DNA of 64,000 bases from an uncultured Candidatus Saccharibacteria bacterium (GCA_948945085.1 CARBGY010000002.1:45065-109064), one strand, 5' to 3'; counted from the stretch's first letter, positions 20,189-30,446 are shown. Made by a program: numbers and translations. Notes: generated from the letters alone by a model not told the origin.

Positions 20189-20217
20189 ATTTTAGCACAC
20201 ATGCTTAAAAAAGTCAA
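20189..20217 (-). promoter_or_regulatory. Sigma70 promoter for the 842-aa gene (about 290-nt leader)
   Basis: TTGACT-17-TAAAAT with TG extension. Confidence 0.65.
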
Positions 20218-20500
20218 GTGTTTTTTCATAAATTGCCTTTAGCACAATGTATTTATATTTTTCCCTGTTAATTCTGGGTGTTTTCCACAGTTATTGCGCT
20301 CTGGTTAAAATTTGAATACCGTTTATGTATAGAGGTAATGCTTAAATTGACTTTTTTTATTTATTATATTTATGCTTGTATATTAAAGAAAGTCTGCTGT
20401 ATAATGACGATTTTATGGTTTGCGAAAGGTGTTTTAGTTAAGATTTTGGAATAAGTTTTTAGTTGTATCAAAAATGATTATGGCTTTTATGTCAAGGAAA

Positions 20501-20526
20501 ATCCCCCTACCAGATGGTAGGGGGAT
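20501..20526 (-). terminator. Intrinsic terminator
   Basis: ATCCCCCTACC stem with its perfect complement, T-run on the minus strand, just after the 440-aa gene. Confidence 0.7.
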
Positions 20527-20566
20527 AAGCCTTAGATTATCTAAGGCGGTGGATGGGAGGGATTGG

Positions 20567-21889
20567 CTAACTATTTTTCACCTCGATGCCGGCGTCAGTA
20601 ATGAGCTGGCGCGCTTCTGCCAATGTGAATGATGAATCAGGCAATGCTTTGATAATGGGCGCTGCCCCAGCATCACCATACTTTGCGCGCAAGAGTTCTT
20701 TTGTTTCTTCAAGGTCAAGCAGCATTACAAGATGCGGATTTTTCCGAATCTCTTTCTTAGAATATCCCGCATTGTACAGCTCCTGCAGGATTTCCGATGA
20801 TGTTACCTCGGGATCTTCAGCCGGGGGCTCGGGTTCCTCAGATGACTTGCGCGGCAAGATGCCGATGTTGCCTGCTGTCGAAGTGGGCGCTGTCTGGGCT
20901 GCTCCGGAAGGAGCTGCTGTAGAAGCCTGTTCTTCGCCTGTAGGTGTAGCGGCGCTACCAGTAGACTGCCCAGGTGTTGGCTCAGGCTCGTTAGCCGGCG
21001 CTGGCGACGCAGAAGCGACAGTATTTGCTTCTTCAGTTACTGCAGACCCAGCGTTCGGCGAAGCGATACTTTCGCTGCGTTTCCGATCCTCCAGCTCCTG
21101 GCGGATATATTCCGCATGCTCCCGAGCGTTGTCGATGATGCCCTTAAGACTATCCATCTGCTCCTTCATTGCCTGGACAAAGCGGTCATAATCCTCCTGG
21201 GATGCGTTTTTCGCCCATTCCGTCATATCGAGGCGCTTGATATACTCCTCGAGATTCCCCGTAATTGCGGCGATGGCCTGACTAAGCTCCGTCAGCTTAT
21301 CTGCAAGCTCTTCGTTAGACAGGCCTAAGTACATCTTCTGCGCCTTACTGTCAAGCGGCGCAATGTAGTCATTTTCCTCTACTGTTGCCTCAGACTCCTG
21401 CGTTTCGGACGACTTGGGGTCTTCCTGGGGAGATTTCTTGAGGATGCCCTTTTTCTCGAAGCATACTTCGCAGATCTGTTTCGCCCTCGCGTAAGCAGCA
21501 TAGGCCTCTTCATTATACTCGTCCCTGTTTCCAAAACCAGTTGCAAGGCATGGCTTAGCAGCACTTGGACATCCCGTTCTTTCGTACTGTTCTGGCGAAA
21601 GAAGCTGATAAAATCTCCCTTCTCCGATGTAGTACGCCTCGACGAGACCCAATGCATTCTTGCTCACCTGGACGTTCAGTTTTCGCCCTGATGCTATTGC
21701 ATCAGCAAGGATGGTGATTGCCTCGTCCGTGTCGGCTTTGATGTATACTCCGTAGAAGGCTCCATCAGCATACGCTAAGGCAAATGACCTTATGAGATCT
21801 TTGATTTCCCACTGAGTTACACATCCGCTAATATCGAATGTGACGGTTTTAACCCCGTCTATAAGATTTCTTATACCTTCAAGCAACAT
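20567..21889 (-). CDS. Hypothetical protein with coiled coil and Ala/Pro/Thr-rich linker
   Basis: 440-aa ORF, AAGGAGG upstream, own terminator. Confidence 0.75.
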   Translation of the reverse strand: MLLEGIRNLIDGVKTVTFDISGCVTQWEIKDLIRSFALAYADGAFYGVYIKADTDEAITILADAIASGRKLNVQVSKNALGLVEAYYIGEGRFYQLLSPEQYERTGCPSAAKPCLATGFGNRDEYNEEAYAAYARAKQICEVCFEKKGILKKSPQEDPKSSETQESEATVEENDYIAPLDSKAQKMYLGLSNEELADKLTELSQAIAAITGNLEEYIKRLDMTEWAKNASQEDYDRFVQAMKEQMDSLKGIIDNAREHAEYIRQELEDRKRSESIASPNAGSAVTEEANTVASASPAPANEPEPTPGQSTGSAATPTGEEQASTAAPSGAAQTAPTSTAGNIGILPRKSSEEPEPPAEDPEVTSSEILQELYNAGYSKKEIRKNPHLVMLLDLEETKELLRAKYGDAGAAPIIKALPDSSFTLAEARQLITDAGIEVKNS

Positions 21890-22186
21890 AACATTACCCT
21901 CCTTTTAATCTGCGCGACAGCTTTACATGGCTGCCGAAATCATGGTTTGCTCGGTCGGTCATTTAGACGCACCGAGTTAGTTACTCCTGGTGTAACCAGG
22001 TTGGGTTTGTCAGTAGTGTCAAAATTGCTAGTTGTTGCTAGTTGCGAACAATGTAGAAACAGTCCGCGAAGATGACGACAACGCCACACGCAACCTTGCT
22101 CAATTTGACTTACAATGCCGGTAATGGCATTGTATCTATTGACAATACCCGAAAAGTTCTGTCTAGATTTAGAACTAGACGGTTTC

Positions 22187-22215
22187 ATTGTAGCAAACTT
22201 TAGCAATTTTGTCAA
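22187..22215 (-). promoter_or_regulatory. Sigma70 promoter for the 440-aa gene (about 290-nt leader)
   Basis: TTGACA-17-TACAAT with TG extension. Confidence 0.7.
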
Positions 22216-22358
22216 TAGTTAGAGAGGTTGTAGTAGGTGCTGTCTAGTAGAGATAGTGCTAAAAGTTGGGACGACATCTAGGAATGGGAAGCGCCCTGAG
22301 GGGTTATTGATTCGGTCTTCCCTGCTTGATAGTTCTGTGATATAATGGCGGAAGACCT

Positions 22359-22436
22359 GGTGGGATTAGCTCAGTTGGTTAGAGCATCTGATTGTGGTCC
22401 AGAAGGTCGTCGGTTCGAGCCCGATATCCCACCCCA
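22359..22436 (+). tRNA. tRNA-His(GTG)
   Basis: G-1, acceptor GTGGGAT/ATCCCAC, anticodon loop TTGTGGT, GTTCGAG, encoded CCA. Confidence 0.93.
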
Positions 22437-22460
22437 CGCAAGTTGATTAGTATTTTGATG

Positions 22461-22578
22461 GGTCGTCGGTGCTGACTTTCAAGGAAAGTCAGAGCGGACA
22501 GCGTTTCTTCGGAAAACCTAGAGTAAACTTTAGTTTCCGCTCAGAAACTAGTCCTTACGAGCCCGATATCCCACCCCA
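22461..22578 (+). repeat. Duplicated tRNA-His 3' half interrupted by an 87-nt insert
   Basis: 22461-22470 equals 22405-22414; 22558-22578 equals 22416-22436 (21 bp exact). Confidence 0.8.
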
Positions 22579-22766
22579 TATCGTTCAAATTAGCGCCAGA
22601 AGGTGCTTTTTTGGTGTCTAAACAAGAGAAGAGAGGGTTGATTTCGTCTGTTTTATACTCTTTGTAATTAAGGTTAAATCATACTGTTAACAGCGATGAA
22701 GACGTACAAAACTAGGAATATATTAGTTTGGCTAACGATGGTATAATTAACCTAGAAAGTTACAAA

Positions 22767-23708
22767 ATGACAAAGACTATTAAGCAAATTAACTGTCCAG
22801 AGGAGCTGGCGGGTGATAACTGGCAATTTTTACAAAATGAACTAGGTATTCTTAATGATTCGCTCGATACAGATCAGCTAAGTGACGATATCTCGCGCGA
22901 TTCACGTAGTAACACTCGGTCTAGTAGACAAAAGTTACTCTTTGGACCGGCGGAGATGGCTTTTGGAGGGTGGGTAATGATTGCGATTGTGTTTTTCGTG
23001 GCGATGATGTCGATTTTGCCGTTTTTATTGTCAAAAGAAGAAATGCCACTACCAAACTTTTCGATTAAACAGAACTCGGAATTGCCGGGCGAAGAGATTG
23101 TCCGGGGTGGTAGTTCTGATACTGAGTTTGTCGCGACTGTCACGGATCAGATCGATGCAAAAGAAGATGATGCTCTAGGGTTTAGATATCACGGATCAAA
23201 TAATATCTGGATTCGCTTTGACAATGACAAGGCAGGAAGCAAGTCTGCCAAATTAACTACGACTATTATACGAGAGGGGCGAGAACCAGAGGTTCAGGAC
23301 ACGCTTTATCCGTATATTAAAGTTGATGATTTACCATATGGGGAAACTAAGTTTACGATTATTGCTGAAAATGTTACTGGTAAGGTTGAGAAACATCTCA
23401 CCATAACAAAGACCACACATCGTGCGGCTTGCGACGCTAGTCCGGCAAACCAGACACATAAATATTGTAAGCACTTTTATAAAACCGATGACAAACCAGT
23501 GCCGACGCTTCCAAATTATTCCAGTTCTGGATGTATACACTATGAGGCAGGGCGATGTTGGGATGAGATTGAGGATGAAGCTTACGAAAATGGTCGATGG
23601 GATAGGGATTTTGGTAGTTATGGCGGAGGATATAATCCGCCCGACGATTGCACTGGGATTTGCGAGGATATTTACGATGAGGCTTATACACAAGGATACT
23701 GGGAGTAG
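22767..23708 (+). CDS. Hypothetical single-pass membrane protein with Cys/acidic C-terminus
   Basis: Long ORF with one TM; ATG 22767 preferred because it follows TGGTATAAT. Confidence 0.7.
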   Translation: MTKTIKQINCPEELAGDNWQFLQNELGILNDSLDTDQLSDDISRDSRSNTRSSRQKLLFGPAEMAFGGWVMIAIVFFVAMMSILPFLLSKEEMPLPNFSIKQNSELPGEEIVRGGSSDTEFVATVTDQIDAKEDDALGFRYHGSNNIWIRFDNDKAGSKSAKLTTTIIREGREPEVQDTLYPYIKVDDLPYGETKFTIIAENVTGKVEKHLTITKTTHRAACDASPANQTHKYCKHFYKTDDKPVPTLPNYSSSGCIHYEAGRCWDEIEDEAYENGRWDRDFGSYGGGYNPPDDCTGICEDIYDEAYTQGYWE

Positions 23709-23822
23709 AGTAAGGGTATTCTGGATGCCATTTAAGGGAATTTTCGTGATTTTTGGTTTTTCGGGGTGTTATATGATATAATTGATTTAGATTATCCGAT
23801 GTGGATAAATGAAGTAAAATTT

Positions 23823-23897
23823 GCGAGTGTAGTACAGCGGTTAGTATGCAAGTTTTCCAAACTTGAGATGAGGTTTCGACTACCTCCACTCGCACCA
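23823..23897 (+). tRNA. tRNA-Gly(TCC)
   Basis: Acceptor GCGAGTG/CACTCGC, anticodon arm CAAGT-TTTCCAA-ACTTG, CCA. Confidence 0.92.
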
Positions 23898-23959
23898 ACA
23901 AAATAGACGCCATGTCAAGATGGTGTTATTTTATTGTTCGGTTTTTGTCTATCATTGAT

Positions 23960-24091
23960 CTTTATAGTAACTTTATAGTAAAGTTGTTTAACAGAGGTAG
24001 AATCAGACATAAGAACTTTATAGTAGCTTTATAGTAAATTAATTTAACAGGGATGGAGATTAACATTCATATTTTATAGTAACTTTACAGT
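23960..24091 (+). repeat. Degenerate 56-bp-period repeat containing paired CTTTATAGTAA motifs
   Basis: Copies start at 23960, 24016 and 24072. Confidence 0.7.
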
Positions 24092-24315
24092 GGGACTGCC
24101 CCCTACATAAAGTAAGTATCTGTTTCGAACTTCGCGTATAGTCTCGCACCACTGTTCAATTTCAGCCTTATTTAGGCTGTTTTTCATCTATTCTTTGCCA
24201 GTCTCCTTGTCGTCGTGGGCCTCTGTAGCAATATAGTAACCACAGAAACCGCATTTTAGAACCCACTAAACTCGAAGGTTTTGTCGTGAGACAACCTAGT
24301 CTCGCCATGTTTCTA

Positions 24316-24344
24316 TTGACATTTTCACAATAGTATGCTATAAT
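24316..24344 (+). promoter_or_regulatory. Consensus sigma70 promoter
   Basis: TTGACA-17-TATAAT with TG extension. Confidence 0.75.
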
Positions 24345-24458
24345 AGAAGCAGAATCTTTTGTATGATCTAGGACTTTATCATCTTAGGAATTGCTAACTG
24401 TGAATAACGGCCAGTATTGGACTGATTTTATCAATACTGACTTTACTCATAGTTTCGA

Positions 24459-24902
24459 GTGGCTTTTTCGCTTAAAGACGAACGTCCAAAATTCGCATCC
24501 AAAAAAAAACGATTGGAGGAAGTATCTAGGGCAGGAAATTATCTGGAGAAGTTTGACATTCTACATCAGGCTTTGGCTTATCGCTCGCTCGACCTGGGCT
24601 ACGAGTATGGCACCACCGCCAGTGGCGGCACCATCTATATTGTCCTTCCGTCTAGTGAGGTCGGCGACGAGATTGAAGACGAATGCGCCTTGACGGGCTG
24701 GCCGAAGATCCTCAGGAGGAGAAAGGATTTCACTGGGGCGCTCATGGAGAGCCCGCTGGTCTTTCATCTATGGAATACGCAAGACCTGAAAAAGGTCGAG
24801 CAGCTACGCTGTGCCGTCGAGACTATAGTGTATAACGAATTCTATGCTGAAGAAGAGTCCGACGACTACCCTTACCCCGACGAGGACGAGCTCATCGACT
24901 AA
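24459..24902 (+). CDS. Hypothetical protein with acidic C-terminus
   Basis: 147-aa ORF downstream of a consensus promoter; start uncertain. Confidence 0.55.
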   Translation: MAFSLKDERPKFASKKKRLEEVSRAGNYLEKFDILHQALAYRSLDLGYEYGTTASGGTIYIVLPSSEVGDEIEDECALTGWPKILRRRKDFTGALMESPLVFHLWNTQDLKKVEQLRCAVETIVYNEFYAEEESDDYPYPDEDELID

Positions 24903-25155
24903 TCAATTCCTGAGATCTTGCGCAGAGCGGTCACTCCTCGTGGTGGCCGCTTACTCGTTACTTCGTTCCTTTCGACAACTTCTTCTAGATGCTCCATGTC
25001 CGATTCAGCTACTCGACCCAGGCTTCCGTTATTCATAAATATAGCTGAACCTACCTTGCATGGTGGCTTCGTGTCATAACGACATTTTTCGTAAAAATTA
25101 GGCCGTCTCGAATGAGGCGGCCTGGGGTGGTGCGTTTGGGTAACTCTTGATGACT

Positions 25156-25578
25156 CTACTGCTGATTGTTATCTTCATTGTTGGTTCTCTGGGTGTTTTT
25201 GTCAATGAATACATCGAGTTTCCGACGAATGTACCGCCCGATAGACACGAGAGCTTTGATTACAAGATCTCTCAGGCCGAGAATGCTCGTCTCCCACAGA
25301 AGACATAACAGGGTGACTGTTGCGTAGTATAAGGACATGAATACTACAGTAGTCATACACTCGGAGTGCTCAGTTATGATGTTTTCTTTGATTATGACGT
25401 ATGCACCGGCGTAAGGAAATAGGCCGACTGCACCGATAACGATAAATGGTGTCTGAGGGTTGGTGACAGCTCTGCCTTCCTTTACTGCTTTGTGCTGATT
25501 TACTAAAAACTGAACCGAAGTAAAACCGATAAGACTAACTACGAATGAAACTGCTAAAAAGACGATAATGTTTGACAT
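25156..25578 (-). CDS. Hypothetical three-TM membrane protein
   Basis: AGGAGG upstream; promoter TTGACA-17-CACAAT at 25725-25697. Confidence 0.65.
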   Translation of the reverse strand: MSNIIVFLAVSFVVSLIGFTSVQFLVNQHKAVKEGRAVTNPQTPFIVIGAVGLFPYAGAYVIIKENIITEHSECMTTVVFMSLYYATVTLLCLLWETSILGLRDLVIKALVSIGRYIRRKLDVFIDKNTQRTNNEDNNQQ

Positions 25579-25725
25579 TTTCTTTCCTCCTGAATTTTCT
25601 GATTTTTATAAAGTTTCTGCACTACGAACTGATAATTTGCTTAAGGTTTGCACCTTAAAGCTATGAAAACTCGCGGTGCATATACCTTATTCCTACATTG
25701 TGGCATAGATACTAGATTTTGTCAA

Positions 25726-27414
25726 CTACTGGAAGAAGCAGAGGTACACAGCAGCACCGACGACGGCGCCGAGGAGGATGGTGAAGAGGAGAAGGAAGAA
25801 AAGTGGGAGCTTAGAACGACGACTGGCGGGGATGATGACGGTAGGGCGAGTCGGGAGGTCTTGGCGGGGGCCGAGATCGGGTTTGGGGGATTTTTTCTTG
25901 GAGTAGACGTTCTTTTTGGAGAGTTTAGAGCCGGGTTTAACACCGGTTTTTTCGCTGGTGCGAACAGAGTAATCATAGGGCTTAGCATTATCAGAAAGGG
26001 GACGCTTTTCGACGCTGACGGATTTTAAGAAAGGAGATTGACCGCCTAAAGCATAGCGGTTATTATCGGTAGGCTTCTTAGCCTTTTGGAGAAAACTATA
26101 TTTTGCGGTAGCATCGGCCTCGAAGGAGGAATCGAGAGGAGCGGGACCACCGTGGCCTGAAGCAACACGCTGGGTTTTGATTTGGCCAATGGGCGCGCGG
26201 TCGCCAATGGCGATAGCGGGGGCTTTAGGGGGATGATAATCTTCAACTACACCAAGATTAGCTGATGCTGTGCGGGCGGAGCTCAGCTTAGGCGGGGTAG
26301 TCATAACATAGCTGCTATCAACTGATAGAGTTTGAGGCTGACTAACGGAGTAATTACGAGGTTTAGTGCGAAAACGCGTAGAGTTAGATGTAGCGTAATT
26401 TGCGGGGGCTGGAACCATCTGGGGGTCACGGACTCCGCTGCCGAGGGCAAGTTGAGAAGATGAAGATGGGACCGGAACGGAATAGTTGTCAATTCCGCTA
26501 GCAATAGCCCGAGAATTACCGGCGGTAATAGTGCGACGGTTGGTAGGTTGACGACGACCGCCAATTAATCGAGCGAGGCGACCAGGCGAGCGCGTTGGTA
26601 GTTCGGGGGCCTCAACAGAACGAGCGGCTTGGGCCATACGAGAATTAGCAGGAAGAACAACGGCGGTTTGCTTTTGGCGACTGCCAGACTTGCCAAGCTT
26701 TAATGAGGTGCGGACGACGGGGATTTCATCACTCTCAACTTTCTTAAGGCCACGTGTGACGGCAGAGCTAGAGGTTAGCGGGTCGGCGGAATTACCAGGT
26801 TGTAGATCTTCGAGATTAGGCTGTTCGGTTTTGGCCATCTTAAGGATAGCAGAAGCGGAAGTGCGGGTCGATTCCATGCTACGTTGGATAGAGCCATGAT
26901 GGAAGCTAGCGGCAGACTTAGGAGATGTAGGTTGGCCAGCACTAGCATTGACTAATTCCCTGGCGCTTGGGGCGGGGGCTGCGGAGGCATGTTTGGTCTG
27001 TTCGGCATACATAGCATTAATAGCGGCTTTGGCGGAGGTAACGGGAGTAGTAGGTAGGACATAGGGAGAGGAGTTTGGAGTAACTGAGGACTGAGGAGCA
27101 TGACTATTAGCTGGTCGAGCATGCGTCGGTGTGCCAGATGACTTATTGGAACTCCCGCCAACGGAAGGGAGATTGGCGACCATATTGGCGAGGCGATCAG
27201 CTTCACTGGGACTAATAGAACTGGACGACTGCGCCGAAGAGTTATTAGCCGTTCCACTCGTTGAAGGAGTTTTTTCGGGCTGAACGTGAGTTGAAGCTGA
27301 TGAATTTTTAGAGTTGGAGGTCCTTAGAGGAGGATAAAGCGGTTTAGAAGGAGCAAAATCAATCTGACGCCGATGCGCCCCGGTCACTCCAGACTGATTT
27401 TGTGCCTGCTCCAT
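25726..27414 (-). CDS. Ser/Pro/Ala-rich disordered protein with C-terminal TM anchor
   Basis: 562-aa ORF, TAATG-coupled to tpiA. Confidence 0.75.
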   Translation of the reverse strand: MEQAQNQSGVTGAHRRQIDFAPSKPLYPPLRTSNSKNSSASTHVQPEKTPSTSGTANNSSAQSSSSISPSEADRLANMVANLPSVGGSSNKSSGTPTHARPANSHAPQSSVTPNSSPYVLPTTPVTSAKAAINAMYAEQTKHASAAPAPSARELVNASAGQPTSPKSAASFHHGSIQRSMESTRTSASAILKMAKTEQPNLEDLQPGNSADPLTSSSAVTRGLKKVESDEIPVVRTSLKLGKSGSRQKQTAVVLPANSRMAQAARSVEAPELPTRSPGRLARLIGGRRQPTNRRTITAGNSRAIASGIDNYSVPVPSSSSQLALGSGVRDPQMVPAPANYATSNSTRFRTKPRNYSVSQPQTLSVDSSYVMTTPPKLSSARTASANLGVVEDYHPPKAPAIAIGDRAPIGQIKTQRVASGHGGPAPLDSSFEADATAKYSFLQKAKKPTDNNRYALGGQSPFLKSVSVEKRPLSDNAKPYDYSVRTSEKTGVKPGSKLSKKNVYSKKKSPKPDLGPRQDLPTRPTVIIPASRRSKLPLFFLLLFTILLGAVVGAAVYLCFFQ

Positions 27415-28184
27415 TAATCTCGTACTCGCTTTGCTATTTCGATAATATCAGTAAATTGTTCGCCAATCAAGCTAGCGCTACCGACAAGTAGGCCGTTGAT
27501 GCCTGGGATAGTAAGATAGCCGCCGGCATTGGAGGGATTAACGCTACCGCCATAAAGAACAGGGACATTCTCCATGTTTTCTTTGCCGTAAGTTTCGGAA
27601 AGAAGACGGCGGAGAAAGTTCACAATGTCGCCAATTTCGCCAGGGGAGGCGAGACGGGCGCCGGTAGTGGTACTGATGGCCCAAACTGGCTCGTAGGCAA
27701 TGATTACCTTCGTCACATCTTCGGGGGAAATTTCGGAAAGACCGCCGAGAAGTTGGTCGCGCAAAACGTCGTAAGTTTCACCGAAAATGTGTTCGGTTTC
27801 GGTTTCGCCAATGCAAAGAATCGGTGTAATGTTGTTACGAAGCGCAGCGGCGATGCCAGCACGGATATCTTTATCGCTTTCGTGGAAAAGTTGGCGACGT
27901 TCGGAATGACCTACAAGACAATAATCTACTAAACCGCGTAGCTGTGTAAAGGAGACGGCACCAGTGTAAGCTCCAAAATCGTGGGGGTTAGCACATTGGG
28001 CGGCGAGACGGATTTTTTTACGGTCGATTTGAAGTGATAAAGGTTGTAATGACGGAAATGAGGGAGCGACGACCACCTCAACATCACGAAAAGCCCGAGT
28101 TTTTTGAAGAAGTTTATGAAGATAGATGGAAGCTTCCCCAACAGAGAAATTCATCTTCCAGTTGCCCACGATATATGATTTCAT
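27414..28184 (-). CDS. tpiA: Triosephosphate isomerase
   Basis: GNWKMN, GHSERR, AYEPVWAI, YGGSV. Confidence 0.97.
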   Translation of the reverse strand: MKSYIVGNWKMNFSVGEASIYLHKLLQKTRAFRDVEVVVAPSFPSLQPLSLQIDRKKIRLAAQCANPHDFGAYTGAVSFTQLRGLVDYCLVGHSERRQLFHESDKDIRAGIAAALRNNITPILCIGETETEHIFGETYDVLRDQLLGGLSEISPEDVTKVIIAYEPVWAISTTTGARLASPGEIGDIVNFLRRLLSETYGKENMENVPVLYGGSVNPSNAGGYLTIPGINGLLVGSASLIGEQFTDIIEIAKRVRD

Positions 28185-28295
28185 ATGTTAATTATAGCAC
28201 AGTTTAGGGTGGAGAGAGAACATTGTTTTAGTCAGTCTTGCTTCTTAGTTTACAGATTGGAACTACGGAACAGCCCGGTTTCAACGGGTTTAACC

Positions 28296-28324
28296 TTGAC
28301 TTTTTTATTAAAGTATGCTACAAT
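28296..28324 (+). promoter_or_regulatory. Sigma70 promoter
   Basis: TTGACT-17-TACAAT; nearly identical to 31291-31319. Confidence 0.7.
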
Positions 28325-28412
28325 GGTGGTATGGAGTCGATTTTGAGGCTCGAAATTAATGGTTCTTTAAAAAATCTTCTTTCAAACTAGTAAACATGCA
28401 AACGGAGGGGAA

Positions 28413-29432
28413 ATGATGAAGTATGTAGTTAAAGAATGTTCTCGGGAAACTCTACAGGCAGCATTAAGAAAAGGAAAGCGTATCGAATTCCATCGAAACT
28501 GGGCCACAATTCAATTACCTGGGTGGGTAGATTATCTTGATATTTCGGGGGATGAGATGACGTTTGAGTTGGATTCACCGTGGGTAATGGTGGACGAGTT
28601 GGGTCGCAATATAGATCCAACGGAAGGGATGAATAATGGCGGATTAAAAGCCTTCTTATCGGGTTTTGTCGATATTTTCAAAGATTATACGGTGGGGTTC
28701 TGCCAATATCATGCAAGCGCAAATATCGTAAAGCCGTGCTTACCAGATGCGGCGACTTGCTTATTTGTAATTGAGCGTAAGAGATTAAGCTTTCTTGGCA
28801 GTTTAATAACAGATGATATTAGTACGGCAGAATGTGACTATTCAGAAGCCGCGATTGCAACTGGCAGTTGGTGCGTAAAGCTACCACGACGCGGTAAAGA
28901 ATGGACGTTTTGTTGGGTGTTCCCGATAGAGAATGTGGTATCTTCGTTAGACATACCAATAGGATCTGGGCTGCTCATAGAGGGTTGTCGAGAACTCGGG
29001 AATAGAGCGTTACAAATAAAACCGGATCCCTCACGGCGATTTGAGTTTAAATTTTATGAGGATGATATGATCATCGAATGGGCGTCAGTAGTAGATGAAA
29101 CTGGGCGATTGGTTAATCCTAGTAGAACATGGGCGGTAGATGACGACGCACGACGAACGGACGTAGTCCGGTCAGACAAATGCGTTTGGGAGCAGGTTAA
29201 GGACACCTGGATGATTGTAACGTTTCGGCGAAGGTGTTTTTCGTTGGAGTCGGAATACGATATTGTACAACTGCCGGAACAGATAACGCCGGCAATGTCT
29301 GACCGATTAGCAATCTTAGAGGAAAAGATGATGCAGCACGACAAACAAAAGTTTAAGGAACTATTTCCAGAAATAGCTTTTGACAGGCTGAAAATTGGTC
29401 GAGCTTGGACTAAGCAGGTTTACTACAAATGA
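28413..29432 (+). CDS. Hypothetical protein
   Basis: 339-aa ORF with GGAGG, own promoter and hairpin terminator at 29448-29469. Confidence 0.7.
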   Translation: MMKYVVKECSRETLQAALRKGKRIEFHRNWATIQLPGWVDYLDISGDEMTFELDSPWVMVDELGRNIDPTEGMNNGGLKAFLSGFVDIFKDYTVGFCQYHASANIVKPCLPDAATCLFVIERKRLSFLGSLITDDISTAECDYSEAAIATGSWCVKLPRRGKEWTFCWVFPIENVVSSLDIPIGSGLLIEGCRELGNRALQIKPDPSRRFEFKFYEDDMIIEWASVVDETGRLVNPSRTWAVDDDARRTDVVRSDKCVWEQVKDTWMIVTFRRRCFSLESEYDIVQLPEQITPAMSDRLAILEEKMMQHDKQKFKELFPEIAFDRLKIGRAWTKQVYYK

Positions 29433-29503
29433 AAGGAGGTTACATTGCCCCAGCCTGGAAAGGCTGGGGATTTTGTTGGGGTGGAAGATTGAAGACTGAG
29501 GCT

Positions 29504-30358
29504 TTAGACCGTAACACCGAGTAGGCCGAGGATGCCCCGAAGCGCATAAGCGGTGTCTTCGTGCGAACGAACAGTAATCGTGTCAATACCCATTTGGACG
29601 ATAGGGTAGTCATTCCCTCCTTCCTTCGTCATGTCACCAAAGTAGAGAACATCTGGTTTTTGGACACCCAATTCCTTGAGGAGATGGGTCATGCCGAATT
29701 CTTTATTCATGCCGGGGGCAGCGACGTTAATAGAGGTTGTGCCACCGATTTCGTAGAGAAAATCCGGCAGGGCTTCACGACACTTAGCGACGATAGCTTC
29801 ACGTTTTTTCATGTCAGGATCCCAGGCGTACTTAGCTTCGGTGCCAGCTTTTTGGCCGAGGGCGGAAAAAGTGACTTGGGAAAGGCGGTTTTCGATGATT
29901 TCGTCCCCGTCGGCAAGTTTGTCTGCTTCCCAATATCCGAGTTCGCGCGCGGCGTTTTCGATAGTTGTTGTAATTTTTACAACATCTTCGGGTTTGAGGG
30001 GATAGTTGTAAACTTGGTGCCAACTATCGGGACTAGCAGCCTTTTTACCGGCAAGGACATCTTCGGAAGCTATTTCCTGAGAATATGTGTAGTACTGAGT
30101 ACCCTGAGCGGCAAACAGGTGAAGGTGATTTAATTCCCTGTTTGTTACTCCCACCGCAATAAGAGGTTCGACGATTTGAATGAGAAATTGCTCAAATTTT
30201 TGGCCAGAAATCGGGCAGATTTCGAAGTAATTAAGACACGATCTAAGAAGTTTGGCAATTTCGGGGGGAATGGGAGTTTTGGCGATATTAAGAGTTTGAT
30301 CGATATCAAAGCCTAAAACTTTTTTGCAAAGTTGGGGTTGATGAAAATTATGGTGCAT
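29504..30358 (-). CDS. HAD-IIB hydrolase, eukaryotic-type phosphomannomutase-like
   Basis: Start moved to ATG 30358 (GGAGG); FDIDQTL, GGTTSIN, YFGD...GGND. Confidence 0.85.
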   Translation of the reverse strand: MHHNFHQPQLCKKVLGFDIDQTLNIAKTPIPPEIAKLLRSCLNYFEICPISGQKFEQFLIQIVEPLIAVGVTNRELNHLHLFAAQGTQYYTYSQEIASEDVLAGKKAASPDSWHQVYNYPLKPEDVVKITTTIENAARELGYWEADKLADGDEIIENRLSQVTFSALGQKAGTEAKYAWDPDMKKREAIVAKCREALPDFLYEIGGTTSINVAAPGMNKEFGMTHLLKELGVQKPDVLYFGDMTKEGGNDYPIVQMGIDTITVRSHEDTAYALRGILGLLGVTV

Positions 30359-30446
30359 GGTTCCTCCAGTTATGGCTTGATTATAACATGGTTTAAAAGA
30401 ACTGAAAAAAGCGGTCCGAAGACCGCTAGCAATGATTATAGAGCCA

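Noticed and set aside
20220..20500. Replication origin in the AT-rich gap
   Set aside because: Only one DnaA-box-like 9-mer (TTTTCCACA, 20281-20289) was seen and no dnaA/dnaN is nearby.
17343..21328. Long antisense and alternate-frame ORFs (e.g. 17932..18519, 19445..20128, 20586..21191)
   Set aside because: Shadows of low-complexity real genes, with no independent start signals or motifs.
23960..24091. Possible mini CRISPR array (35-nt repeat + 21-nt spacer)
   Set aside because: Repeats are degenerate, spacers are short and resemble each other, and there are no cas genes in the window.
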